The notes under the pieces were generated by a model that saw only the letters and a list, made by a program, of their open reading frames with translations, was not told the origin of the DNA and searched no databases. DNA of 46,832 nt, the filler included, from Streblomastix strix (lineage: Eukaryota): assembly GCA_008636045.1 (NCBI GenBank). It is 2 parts of 2 records of this genome, joined end to end, with 100 filler letters (N's around TTAATTAATTAA, not from the genome) between each part and the next. Parts side by side here need not be neighbours in the genome. Positions count along the whole stretch, not along the records: positions 1 to 23,377 come from SNRW01000287.1; positions 23,478 to 46,832 come from SNRW01000288.1. One strand, given 5' to 3'. The translations under genes were made by a program, and so were the position numbers. This document shows, piece after piece, positions 13,641 to 25,575 of this stretch. Numbering within the stretch: the stretch's first letter is position 1; every line of letters begins with the position of its first letter.

Positions 13641-13690
13641 CCAAAATATAGGCTTCCTAAGCACCACCCGCGGACCACAGGCAGCTATAC
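13641..13690 (-). ncRNA. Candidate structured small RNA (three-way junction followed by an Sm-site-like AUAUUUUGG)
   Basis: GC-rich island. The minus strand reads UAUAG-CUGCCUGUG-GUC-CGCGGGUGG-U-GCUU-AGG-AAGC-CUAUA-UUUUGG. The main hairpin uses several G-U pairs, so it pairs fully only on the minus strand. Confidence 0.35.
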
Positions 13691-14212
13691 AGTTTGATAT
13701 TAATTGCATGCATTATTTCAAGCGTATTTATTCACTGCATGTTCTATGCATAATTATAACAAATTTTCCGCCGAGAAAACAAACAATAAATTTGCATTAT
13801 GCTTTCCTGAATCTATGCTCATAACAATTTTTAATTTCTACTTTTTTATCTTGAAAAACTATATCCCCTTTAATTTCAAGTAAACACTTTTTATTTTTTC
13901 AATTTTTATTAACCTAAACAAACAAAACAAATTTTATTAGAATAAAAAACACGTTTTGTACAAGATCATAAAACTATTTCGTGTATATAATAACTTTTAT
14001 TTTATATATGTTTGATTTTTTATATAATTAAACAAATATATTAAATATTACACAAACCCGATCAACATACAAAAAAGTGCGAAAATACTCATCAAAAACT
14101 ATTATTTTGGCATTACCTGGCCGAAATATACATTCGGATCATAAAATTTTGCATAATTTATGTCCATTTAATTCTCATTATTTAATATTTTGATTATTTA
14201 GATCAACCGTGT

Positions 14213-16417
14213 ATGACATTCAGTATCACATCAGAAAATTCGAAATGTGCTCGTCTTGGCAAGAAGTTTGTGCAGATGATCTACACGGACAGGCGGAAGC
14301 AGCGCCAAACGTGGAGCGAACTCTACACAGATGATGCAGAAATCATCATTGTTGAAGGAGATACAACACGCCGCTATACAACAGCAGAACAATTCCAAGA
14401 AGCGAATATTTATCTTTCAGCACTGAATATGTATGCAGTTCTCCATACATCCACATAAGTGAAAGAAAACTTCATAGTCACAGTTACTGGATTCTTCCAC
14501 AAACAAGGAGCCAAACACAGGGAGATATTCTCATAATCTTTCTTCATTGTTCCTCATAATGTCAAATCATACATCATTTAGAAAGAGAGTGTTTTCATAT
14601 CTGAAAGATAATAAATGAAGGAAATTAGACGCAATGATCATCAGAAGCTGTTTATGAATAGTCAACAAACTGAAAGATATGATTAGAATTAAAAGAATGA
14701 TGATGATAAGAATAATAATGATAATAATGAAAGACAAGATTCAATAACTGATACAAATAAAGAAATGAATAATGAAGATGAATCAATAAAAAGATAAGCT
14801 GATGATAGAAGTCCATCTGGAGAAGAAGAAGAAGATGATGATGATAATGAAGAATAAGAAGAATAACCACATGATAAACATGATTATGCTAACGAAGGAT
14901 AAAAAGAATATTATGATGAAGATGAAGAAGAATAAGAAGAATAAGATATAGAAGATGAAGAAGTAGATTAAGATGAAGATATTTAGAATGATAATGAGAT
15001 TGATCAAACTCCAACATAAGAATAAGATAATAAGACCCAGACTGAAGAAAACAAACCCATTACCAGTGGATAAGCAGAATCTAAAGGAGCGCTACTCAAT
15101 GGCATTTCCATAAATAAGATCCCTTTGTCTGAAACAAAAGTCCAGAACTACCAACAACAGATACAATCAAAATATTATCCAAACTAAAATTAATATAGCA
15201 CAGTAAGATAATTGTCAAACACAACACAAATGCGTCATTCACCTGAGCAATTACAACATGTGTCATCTCACACATCTGAACCAGCACAAAAAACAAACTC
15301 AAAAGATTAAACGCAGCCAATTTTGAAAATAACGCAAAACAGTTAATAATAATAAACACCATAATCTTCATAATATTTAAACAGGCTTCCATCCCCATCA
15401 TCAGCAGATGCATAACAGCAATACATACAGCAGAAGATATTCAATGCTAATGATAAATACCAACAAATACAACAAATACAGCAACTTCCATCAATCATTC
15501 CATCGCCACCCAATATAAATGATGGACTTTTACCAACACCTCCAAAACTGAATCAGCAAAGCCCAGCTAAATATTCTAATCCAGTAATGAGCATATCTCC
15601 ATCTGGATATAAGAGAGAGATTGACAATAAAGAAAATGAAAGATTATTGAGGAATAATAAATCTAAGATTATTAATGAGGAAATTAGATCATCACATTCA
15701 ATTGATTAGGAATAGAAAGTATCAACTCCAGGAATCGAATCTGGAGATGACATATCATTTGGAACTGGGTAAAGTGAGTCAAATGTTACAATCAATGCAT
15801 AATCATCCATTTCGTAATAAGCATCTGCAATTCAACAGTAAAATAAACAGAAAATTATTAATGCTAAATATGTACCTCCAATTTAGAAAGGGCAGCAGAA
15901 TGTTTTTTCATCAACACAATATAAACCATCTACCACTCAACAAACATCAACATCTTAATCATCTTAATCATCTTAATCTTCATAATAATAATAAATAGCA
16001 CAACAATCTCATTCACCAGCACAAACACTCCCAACACACGCACAATCATAGCAGTTTCAATACACATCAAATACTCAAGTCGATCAGAACCAGTCTTTCT
16101 CGCAATACAAACCAAATAATAAAACAGCAACATCAAATATTGGACAAAGGAAGAAAACATTACAGAATGACCAGCAGATACGCGATCGAGGGCAACAGAA
16201 AGTATTATTGGAGAGGAATGAAGGAGCGTCGCATAATATTAATATAACCAGAGGAGGCACTCGGATTCAAAGAGGATCTGGACGTGGAATATAAGGAAAT
16301 AGCAGGGTAATACAGAATCGCCCTTCAAGAGACTATATTTTTCTATAGGATGAAATATATGAAAATGGATATGATTTAGTGTTTGTGAATGATGGGCGTA
16401 ATATTAATTATGAATGA
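14213..16417 (+). CDS. NTF2-like domain protein with acidic, Q/P-rich and RG-rich regions (G3BP/Rasputin/Bre5-like), 734 aa, intronless
   Basis: N-terminus GKKFVQMIY...LYTDDAEI...FIVTVTGFFH...IFSQSFFIVP...YIIQKESVF fits the NTF2 fold. A D/E-rich tract follows and the C-terminus has RGGTRIQRGSGRG. Open with TAR=Gln to TGA 16415-16417. Confidence 0.8.
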
Positions 16418-16539
16418 AATATCACTTCAATGTTAATGTATGTATAATGCCATTTGTGAAGAGTTCTATTAATAAAATAAACTATAACATTATCAATGCA
16501 AAAAATAAATAAACTCATATTAAGTGTTTTATTTTACAA

Positions 16540-19500
16540 TCAATGTTCGTTATGTTCCTTTGGTCCTTTGGTTTGAAGTGGAGGTTAAGTATTTATATTT
16601 GGAGGTTGTGTTGTAGAAACTGTATTAGAAACTGAATTAGAAACTGTAATAGAAACTTGACTCGATGCTGCAGTTGATTATTAAACTGGTTATTGTTATG
16701 TTGGCTGTGTTTGTTATGGTTATTGTTACTGAGGTGCAGTGAAGTGTTATTATTATGCCAATTAATACTGCTACTACTACTACTATTGCACAAATGCAGC
16801 AATCGGTGAAGGCGAGAACTGCTTGAACGAGAAAGCAGATGGCCCAGTATAAGGAGGTAACAATGGGGCACTCGCTGTATTAGCAGTAGTCAGACCTAAT
16901 CCATTCAACCCCCCCATTCCAGACAGACCCAGAGAAAGACTCAGAGCACCATGACTCTGGTGAAGTAGAGGCCCCATCTGCGGGTTTGTGATGTGCACCT
17001 GAGATGGATTTGGTGACCTTATCCCCAATTAGGATGGTAAGAGGAGTGGATTAATATTTGGAGATTAATTGGGTTGCGTTAGTTGGACGTTGAAGGTGTT
17101 TAATGTTTATAATAAAGGTGATTATGTTTGAGAGGAAGAAGAAGATGATTAAGATGGATCAGTTGCATTTGATGGTTATGTCAGAATACTGTTATTACTT
17201 TAATTCCCACTCTATCCAATCTGTTAAGTATCCTTATCTTTGATCATCACTGATTTAGATCCAGTTATATCAGTAAGAGCCTTATTCTGCATCTAACTGA
17301 TACCTGAACTATTCATTCCATATCCTTAATGTAGATAATTAGATAAACCATATCCTGTCTACTGTGGATTAATACCACTACTTAAACCTTGAATCTGACC
17401 AATTGGCTTCAATTATCCATATTAAGACATCATTCCAATTGGATTCATCTATCCAACGCCCATACCAAGACCTAATGCATTGAATCCAATCATACTTGCA
17501 CTCATCATTGATTATCCAGGATTACTGACTTAATTGGGTTGTGCATTCATTGGTCTTTTCAACCCCATCATTCTGACTGCATTTTGAGCTGATAATTATG
17601 CATTCTATTGTTGTGCATTAGATAATGAAGTACCTGATGGATTTGTTGTTGTATTTGTTTGTGCAGCTGATTATGGTTATACACCAACATTGAGCATATA
17701 TGGATATCCTAATCTCTGCTAGACTTGAGGACCAATACCAAACATTGATTGTTATAATTATTTGATCATTGATGTATTCGTTGTTTATTATAAACTCTGC
17801 ATTCTCATACTTGAAGCTCCAAGTGTTGTTATTCCTCCAGTGTTTGGAATTGACCCAATTGCATTCTACTGAAGAAGATTATTGGGATCTGTTTACTAAT
17901 TGGGTTATGAGCTCAGATTAAACTTCTATATTGGTTTGTATGGGGGCACACTTGCAATACCAGCACGTTGTTGCATAGCCACTGCTTTTGGCTGTATTTT
18001 CCTCTTATCTTTCTGAGCAGCTGTATTTGAAGCATCAACACTCAGTAACTATACCTATTAAGGTGTCAGATGAGGTGGTATACGATGTTAGAGTAATGTT
18101 GGATCTGTGATAGGCTGTCCATTAGTTGGTATATTGTGCTTGATTATCGATGGTTGCGCAGATGTTGTTTGTAGGTGAGAAGGTAGTTATTATGTTTGTG
18201 AAGGAGGAACAATCCCCAAATTAGGTTTGTGCACAATAATCTGCTTCTACTTCCTCTTAGGCATCCCCTTCTTCTACCTCTTCTTAGCAATTGCAGATGC
18301 AGACGAAGCTTTCTTCGATATACTGATCTCCTTATGTATCAACTACTGAGCTTATTTATTAGCTGCCAACATCTGGAGTCTTGGAGAAGGATTTCTGAGC
18401 TTTGGAGGTGTTGTTCCTGTGATCTTCTTCTCGTTCCTTTGCGGATAGACTAATTTCTGGCTTCGTCTGGGTGAGATTGTTATGTCTGAGGAGATTTTGT
18501 CAATAATGTTGTAATTGGTGCTGTGAAATGATGAAGTGTTATGATTGGTGATTTTGCGTGAAGTGATGTTTGTTGATGATGATTGTTATTCATTCTCTGT
18601 CTTTGATTAATTAGAATCAGTGTTTGTATGTGTTTCTTATTAGTTATTTGTTTGTTCTTTATTGTTGGATGTATTGTTAGCACCATTAGATTATTCTTAT
18701 TACTAATTTGTATTCCCATTTTTATCATTTATTTTATCATCAATTAAATCAGTAAACAAAGATCCTTTCCTCTTAAATTCTTTATTTGTTATTAATCTTG
18801 ATTTATAGTTATCATCATTCATATAACCATCACTCTCTATTCCAGATTCTGCACTAACAGATCTCCCAGACAAACTGAAGTTGCTGTCAGTGTCATAATG
18901 ATCATCATACATTTACTGATCTTAATAATCTGTGTCATCTGATGATCCATCTTCAACGATGCTCATTTGATGGTTATCTACGTATGAACCAAAGCCAATT
19001 ATCCCAGAATCATGAGTGTGTTCTTCGCCTTTCTGTATAAAGCGGAATCCTTTCATTGAAATGATGTTGTTGGATTCATTTGATGGTTTGATGTCGGTTT
19101 GTTTATTGACATTTGAGCTGATTTCAAATTCAAATTCAACTTCCGTATCATCTGACAGTTTGGGATTGAATATTAATTAATTGAGAAGTTAACTATTGGA
19201 AGAATAACTGAATTCTGCTCTATTTGTTCCTTTTGTTTATATTATTGGTGGAGCTGTTCTGGAACGGGCGACAACAACTGATTTTATTTGTATTGAATTA
19301 ATGTCCTTATTTGAATCTGTTTTTTTATTAATTCCTTCATTAGAATTGTTATTACTAAGGTTTTATGCATTTTATGATGAAGACTGTTGAAGAGGATGAT
19401 ATTCTGATGCACTGAGCAAATTATACTTCATTATATGCGGGATATTAAGTCTGAAACATTTACCTATATAAAAATATATTATTTGAATAGTCGATGATTA

Positions 19501-19840
19501 AATATATTTAATTGACTAAAATAATTGTTATACTGTAGTGCAAAAGATATGAGGATGATAGTACAGGACGTCCACAATGCACACATTACACAAGATGAGG
19601 TGGAAGAGTAAGAATGTCAGAATCTTAATAAGAAATAAAATGAAAATTATCAAAGAATTATTTTATTTATAAATGCGTACCTTCAGAAGGTAAGTAACGG
19701 AATGGTTCTGGCTCAAGAGGATTGGAATTATTGATGCCTGGCGTTAGTTTCTTAAAATTATCAGAACATCGTAGTACAGGAACAATGGCTTCCCAGTCTT
19801 TCCCACTGTTCTCTAATAATGCTGCTATTAATTTACTCAT
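16540..19840 (-). CDS. Q/P/G-rich nuclear protein with an N-terminal C2HC zinc finger resembling ataxin-7/Sgf73/Sgf11 (SAGA DUB module)
   Basis: Three exons (19840-~19681, ~19623-19534, ~19463-16540) give MSKLIAALLENSGKDWEAIVPV...FRYLPSEDSDILTLPPHLVQCVHCGRPVLSSSYLLHYSKCF (C-x2-C-x11-H-x3-C). There is a basic NLS-like stretch KKRQKKGMPKRKQK and polyQ tracts; no internal TGA. Confidence 0.65.
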
Positions 19841-20740
19841 CTTTTCAAGTATTAATAAAAACAAAATAAAAATAATGAATTTAAATTGTATATTTTTGTT
19901 AATGATGATGTGAATTTGCTGTTAATGTAAGTAGTTAAGAAGAATGAGGAAGGTATTTCTGATTTTTCTGCTTGAGCGATTCTAATAGAAAATTGATTAT
20001 AATTATGATTTATATCATTAAAAAAATGTTAAATATGCAGATTAACTTTATATTTAGATGAATGGATTAACAATTCGTTCGATAAATGCAATTATTTTTA
20101 CTGATAAATACAATTTTAATATGTATTACAATAATTTAATTATTATTTAACAAGTAATTTTTTTAAAAAAAATGATGTTAAATTCATATTATCAGATAAG
20201 ACTAAAATGTGATAATAAAAAAATTGGAAAATGATAAAACATGAGGTAAAGAAATAAGATGAAAGATTATTATTGGTGAAAGATGTAAAGTGAAGTATAA
20301 TTTGAAGGAGAAAATATGATAAAATGAAAAAAAGCACGAGATATAAAATAAAAAAAAATAAAAAAAATTATATGAAAGAAAATGATAAAAAAACAAAATA
20401 AAAAAATTGAAAATAGCATAAAGCATCCAACAGATAAGTGTATATTTTTAAATATTAAATATGGATATTCACAAAATAAAAATTAATTCTTTATACTTTT
20501 GATAAAATAATGTAAAGTTATTAATGAAATCCTCATAATAAGATAATCTTGCATTATATTTAGAATTTAATACTTTTCAATTTGGTGCTGAATTCTATCC
20601 TACAAGTGGTTTAGATCAATTGTTCTGAATATAAATAAATGAATAATAAAATAATTATAAGAATGAATAGATAAAATAAAAACATATAAAAGATAAAATT
20701 AATAAAATAAAAATTAATATTTATATATTAATAAAAAATT

Positions 20741-22700
20741 TCACACTTTATTCTTATTGCCATCCTTCAATTTTGTCATTGAAATTGGATTCTAAATAGG
20801 ATTCCCTTAAAATGAGCCAATCCTTTATTTAGATTGTGAGCTTAATCTTGCTATTTATTATGTAGGTGGGCTTTGAGTCTATAAATGAGGATTGGATTCA
20901 ATTGATTATTTACTTGTCTGTTTCTTCATTTATGTTTTTGGTCTCTATACATTACTATTCAAAGGGTTAGATTTAGACTATATTTAATCTGATCTCCAAG
21001 TAGATGAATCTATTTATTATGAACTGCTTTGTGTTAGAGAAGTAGAACGAGATCGAACAGATGATGATTGAGGATTACTAACTTGTTATAATTATGCTGC
21101 ACTTTGTTGAATCTGTAATTTCTTCGGCTGAGAAAATTTTGGTGATCCTTTTGGTGATGCTTTTGGATGGGATAACTTTGATAATTATGGAGAATTATGA
21201 ATAATAACAAACTATTCTGATGTTGATTAATTATTATTTTGAGGTTAGATTGATTATTATATTGCACAACTATCAATGTTTTATTAATCTGAAGATTGAG
21301 ATGAATTATCTGATTCTGTTTATACGATTGAATTTGGACATATTTCCTTATTCTTATTATCAAGAATATCATTATTTTAATCTGAATCAATTTGTTTTGA
21401 ACATTATTCTGAACATTAATCAACCTTAGACAGACAATCAAGAGGTTTAAAGCCAATTAAAGGAAGTGATATTTGAATTGAAGAATTTGTTTATTAATTA
21501 CAATTTGCTTCTAATAAAGATGAATGCAAATGCAAAGAATTTGATTCATTCTGGTTTAAAGATGCGGAGCTATTATCTATTTATTCTATTGGAGTTTGTG
21601 AAATGGATTATTTAGATTAATCTCTTAGTTATTGAGATGATTGAGATTGATCAGATTAATTTGCAGGAAATAATACCGATGTTTATTGATTTAAAGTTTA
21701 GCATTGCTGTTTAATTAGTTATTCTTGTATTTCTTTATCGTGAATCTCTTTTGCCTTTATCTTTTCTAATTTAACTTTATTATGATATTCATTGTTGATA
21801 TATGTTATATCATGCTAAGTTAGTTATTATAATGATGGACTTGATTTGATATTTGTTTATAAATCTTCTCTATATTTGTAATCTTGATTTTTTCTTTGCA
21901 ATAATAACTTTTCATAAATTCTTGACGCTCTGTGATCCAATCGTCTAATTGCTCTATATGCATTTGATTGACTTAATAATGGAGTGTCTGAGAATTATGA
22001 GGAGGATGAATTTTTTTGTTATTCATTTTAGATTACAGGATATGATTATTATTTAATATCATTATTATTATCATCATCTACATCATTAATATATTTCATT
22101 TCCTAATCGATCATATTATCCTCTTTTAATGCAGCATCAAGTTCAGCTGTATTCCAATATGTCATTTCCTCGAGAAAACAGATTATTTCAACATCTCTCA
22201 AAGTGTGACATGATTAATAAGCATCCATCATTGGAATGGACATTTAAGGAGCTTTCTGAGGCAATCCTAATCCTGGTGCAGACTAAGCTAGTGCGCATGA
22301 TGATATGTTGATCCTCGAGTTAATAGGCTGTATCTGTGATTACTATCTTTACAGATGAGGAGCAGCATTTTGTTGTTTCACTTTCTTCAACCCATCAACA
22401 GACTCATCTAACCAAGAATGCTATTATGATGGAGGTGTAATAATCTTCTTTGACAGGATCAGACTTTGTGACACTCTCATGAATGCAGGTTGCGCCTGTG
22501 TCAGTGGTAAGTACATCTGCATCATCTGCTTTTCGAGCCCTTTCACATCTTTTATTGGGTTAAACACTCTCTGTTTTCGAGGATGTTTCAGGATACTCTT
22601 CAATTTGTTTATTTTGTCTGATTGGTCAAAATGTTTAATTATCGGTTTTTCAAGTATTTCTGTGATTTTGGAGGATAAATAGACTTTCAGTCTTGTAGAT
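20741..22700 (-). CDS. Hypothetical Q/S-rich protein, 5'-truncated at an inversion junction
   Basis: About 650 codons open with TAR=Gln and no TGA until 20741-20743; an alternative short last exon could end at 20616. The frame is cut at 22700 by an inverted copy of its own sequence. Confidence 0.65.
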
Positions 22701-23377
22701 GGAAATGAAATATATTAATGATGTAGATGATGATAATAATAATGATATTAAATAATAATCATTTCCTGTAATCTAAAATGAATAATAAAAAAATTCATCT
22801 TCCTCATAATTCTCAGACACTCCATTATTAAGTCAATCAAACGCATATAGAGCAATTAGACGATTGGATCACAGAGCGTCAAGAATTTATGAAAAGTTAT
22901 TATTGCAAAGAAAAAATCAAGATTACAAATATAGAGAAGATTTATAAACAAATATCAAATCAAGTCAATCATTATAATAACTAACTTAGCATGATATAAC
23001 ATATATCAACAATGAATATCATAATAAAGTTAAATTAGAAAAGATTAAGGCAAAAGAGCTTCACGATAAAGAAATACAAGATTAACTAATTAAACAGCAA
23101 TGCTAAACTTTAAATCAATAAACATCGGTATTATTTCCTGCAAATTAATCTGATTAATCTCAATCATCTCAATAACTAAGAGATTAATCTAAATAATCCA
23201 ATTCACAAACTCCAATAGAATAAATAGATAATAACTCCGCATCTTTAAATCAGAATGAATCAAATTCTTTGCATTTGCATTCATCTTTATTAGAATCAAA
23301 TTGTAATTAATAAACAAATTCTTCAATTCAAATATCACTTCCTTTAATTGGCTTTAAACCTCTTGATTGTCTGTCTA
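21427..23377. repeat. 677-bp inverted repeat (21427-22103 vs 22701-23377), ~600-bp spacer
   Basis: 22701 ggaaatgaaatatattaatgatgtagatga... is the reverse complement of ...catcattaatatatttcatttcc 22103. The match continues to the contig end with roughly a dozen mismatches by eye. Confidence 0.9.
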
Positions 23378-23477
23378 NNNNNNNNNNNNNNNNNNNNNNN
23401 NNNNNNNNNNNNNNNNNNNNNTTAATTAATTAANNNNNNNNNNNNNNNNNNNNNNNNNNNNNNNNNNNNNNNNNNNN
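23378..23477. other. Artificial contig-join linker N44-TTAATTAATTAA-N44
   Basis: Exactly 100 nt, with a six-frame-stop 12-mer centred in Ns. The two sides need not be adjacent in vivo. Confidence 0.95.
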
Positions 23478-23595
23478 AATCGAATTTCCGTGTGGCACGG
23501 AAAATAAAATATTGACCCACACGGAAAATAATTTCCGTGTGGCACGGAAAATCGATTTTCCGTGTGGCACGGAAATTCGATTTTCCGTGACTCTA
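23478..23595 (-). mobile_element. Putative DNA-transposon/MITE terminus with palindromic subterminal repeats (hAT-like TAGAG end)
   Basis: Three full TTTCCGTG-TGG-CACGGAAA palindromes (23485, 23532, 23557) plus half-sites, with an AATCGATT palindrome between units. GC-rich relative to flanks. The minus strand begins TAGAGTCACGGAAAATCG exactly where the Cys-rich ORF is interrupted. Confidence 0.55.
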
Positions 23596-24900
23596 ACAGA
23601 ACCCATGATTTTGGATATAAAGATGGAGAATCTGATTCATCACAATAATCAATTGTTGAATATTTTTCATCTTCACATTCTGTTTTGGTATAAGAATCAT
23701 CATCGTAGTTCTATGGGCATATGCAATCAAACGGAGCTTATCCATCTGCACATTTACAATCATCTCCTTCATATTCTGGTTCTTCATCACAAGTTGATAA
23801 TTTCTCATATCTTAAAACTTCATCACATGTTTTTATATCAAAAGATGGATTTGTAATAGATTTACATACACAAGTTGATGGATGATAAATTGGAGTGAAA
23901 ATGCAATTTTATTAATGAAAATCTTCGGAGCATAAACTAGGAGTGGATTAATCATTATAAATTTGGCAAAATTGTGTTATTGGACAAGCACCGCCTTCTC
24001 TTGGATTATTATCAACACGACATTAACACTATTCAACTGGAATACCTTCTAAATCTTCTGGTAAAGAAGGGCATCTGCATTTTGCTGGATGATTGTCATT
24101 TGTTCAGTAACAAGAATATTTAGTTACTGTTGTGTCAGAATTAGCAAGGCAATGCTTAATTGTACAATCTTAAGGGTTGGATTCAAGAGTTGTTGAACAA
24201 ATGCAAGGTAAAAATGCAAGATCATTTGATGGACAAATACATTCACTTATATCTTTCAAAGGTTGTTGAGTACATAAGCATGGAAATTCCTAATATTTAT
24301 CAAAGTATTTGACTGGTGTATAACCATCTGGATGAAACAATTATGAGCATTTGCATTCTCCTGTTTAGATAGGTCCATTATCAGCACAACTACAACCGAT
24401 TGGAGCGTTGTTACCTGTGCATGTTTTTGTCTATCTGCAATCATCAAGATTAAATGTGGCATATTCTTTTTCATCACATTTGCATCCTTATTTTAAAATA
24501 TGGATGGATAGCTGATGTGCATGTACAGAAATCTTGTTAATAGTTATTTTTACAGAAACATCCTCTATCAGTTGGTTCAAGTATTAATTCTTCGCACTTT
24601 TCAGTGACAGGACATATAGTTCCTGCTCTTAGAAATCAAATTTCAAGGCTTTCACATGCTTATGATGATATTCCACTCAATTCTTATCAATTACTTAGAT
24701 ACAAGCATCAATTAGGATCTTTGATATTTTTACATTTACTTTTATATGTTTGATCTGATGACAAACAATCATTTGGAGTACAACCAGTGGAAGTTGGATT
24801 TATGAAATCTCTTCTTGTGCATAGTTTTGTTGCAAGATATATTGTTGGATCATACGTAGTAGAAAGTAAATCGCATTCACATCCTGTTTATGAATATATT
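23596..24900 (-). pseudogene. Cysteine-rich repeat (surface-protein-like) gene fragment
   Basis: Recurrent CxC...P..CxC units (CKCADGQAPFDCICP, CICPSNDLAFLPCICS, CRCPSLPE). In-frame TGA at 24104-24106 where Cys is expected; frameshifts; cut by the element at 23595. Confidence 0.7.
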
Positions 24901-25049
24901 GATTTGTTTGTGGAACCAGCTCAATAATTAGTATAAATTCCATATTCTTCATCATCTGGTCCAATTGGTATATTTTATAATTCAGTACGTGCTGATAATA
25001 AATTCCATAACTTAAAATTCCTTACTGCAGCTTCTGAAAATTATTTCTC

Positions 25050-25575
25050 ATCTTTAATTTAATTTTAATATCAAGATCATCAAATAGAGTAAATGAATAA
25101 TCTCTTTCCAAAAATGCATCTTTAGTAATTCAATCACCTACATCTTTATATTTCCTTTTAATTCATATTTCAAATGCATCAACGCTTCTTTTATGATTCA
25201 ATGAATTCGCATCAGAATCAGCTTTTGGTCTAATAAATAATAATCTCTTACCAGGAACACCAGATTATAATAATTCATGAAGTGTTGAATATGCTCGGAA
25301 TGTAGCTCCATATATAACACCAATCTCATCTTCATCTTCAAGCCATTTCTTTCCACCAGGTTGTGTTGGTTTGTGAATGAATCTCTAAAGTCGGATATCA
25401 TCAGCTTCATCGTTCATTGTGATCGCTCCTTCTACAACATCTAAATGTAATTTGTTATCAGCAATTGTTTGTGGAAGTTTTTTTAATGTTAGATCTTTTA
25501 TTCCTGTTTCAATTATAAACATATCGTATTGAAAAAATGACTCATTTGCAAGTATCAATCTTTGTTCCTTTATTT
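25050..25575 (-). pseudogene. CFAP61: CFAP61 fragment, copy A
   Basis: LILANESFFQYDMFIIETG...HLDVVEGAITMNDE...IGVIYGATFRAYSTLHELLQSGVPGKRLLFIRP is near-identical to copies B and C. Frameshifted 3' end; boundaries approximate. Confidence 0.7.

Noticed and set aside
14108..14160. U1 snRNA-like start (TTACCTGG) with a CCGAA/TTCGG hairpin
   Set aside because: It lacks the full ACTTACCTG, the U1A loop (ATTGCAC) and a downstream Sm site plus terminal stem; more likely promoter sequence of the NTF2 gene.
20143..20460. A-rich stretch giving F-rich minus-strand ORFs
   Set aside because: Low-complexity intergenic DNA with no coding signature.
23378..23477. TTAATTAATTAA as a biological motif, and linkage between the left and right halves
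   Set aside because: It is a symmetric N-padded six-frame-stop linker, typical of artificial contig concatenation.
23478..23595. Palindromic repeats as a CRISPR array or as the coding ORF 23512-23856
   Set aside because: Spacers are too short and themselves repetitive; the ORF merely spans the repeat and the antisense strand of the Cys-rich gene.
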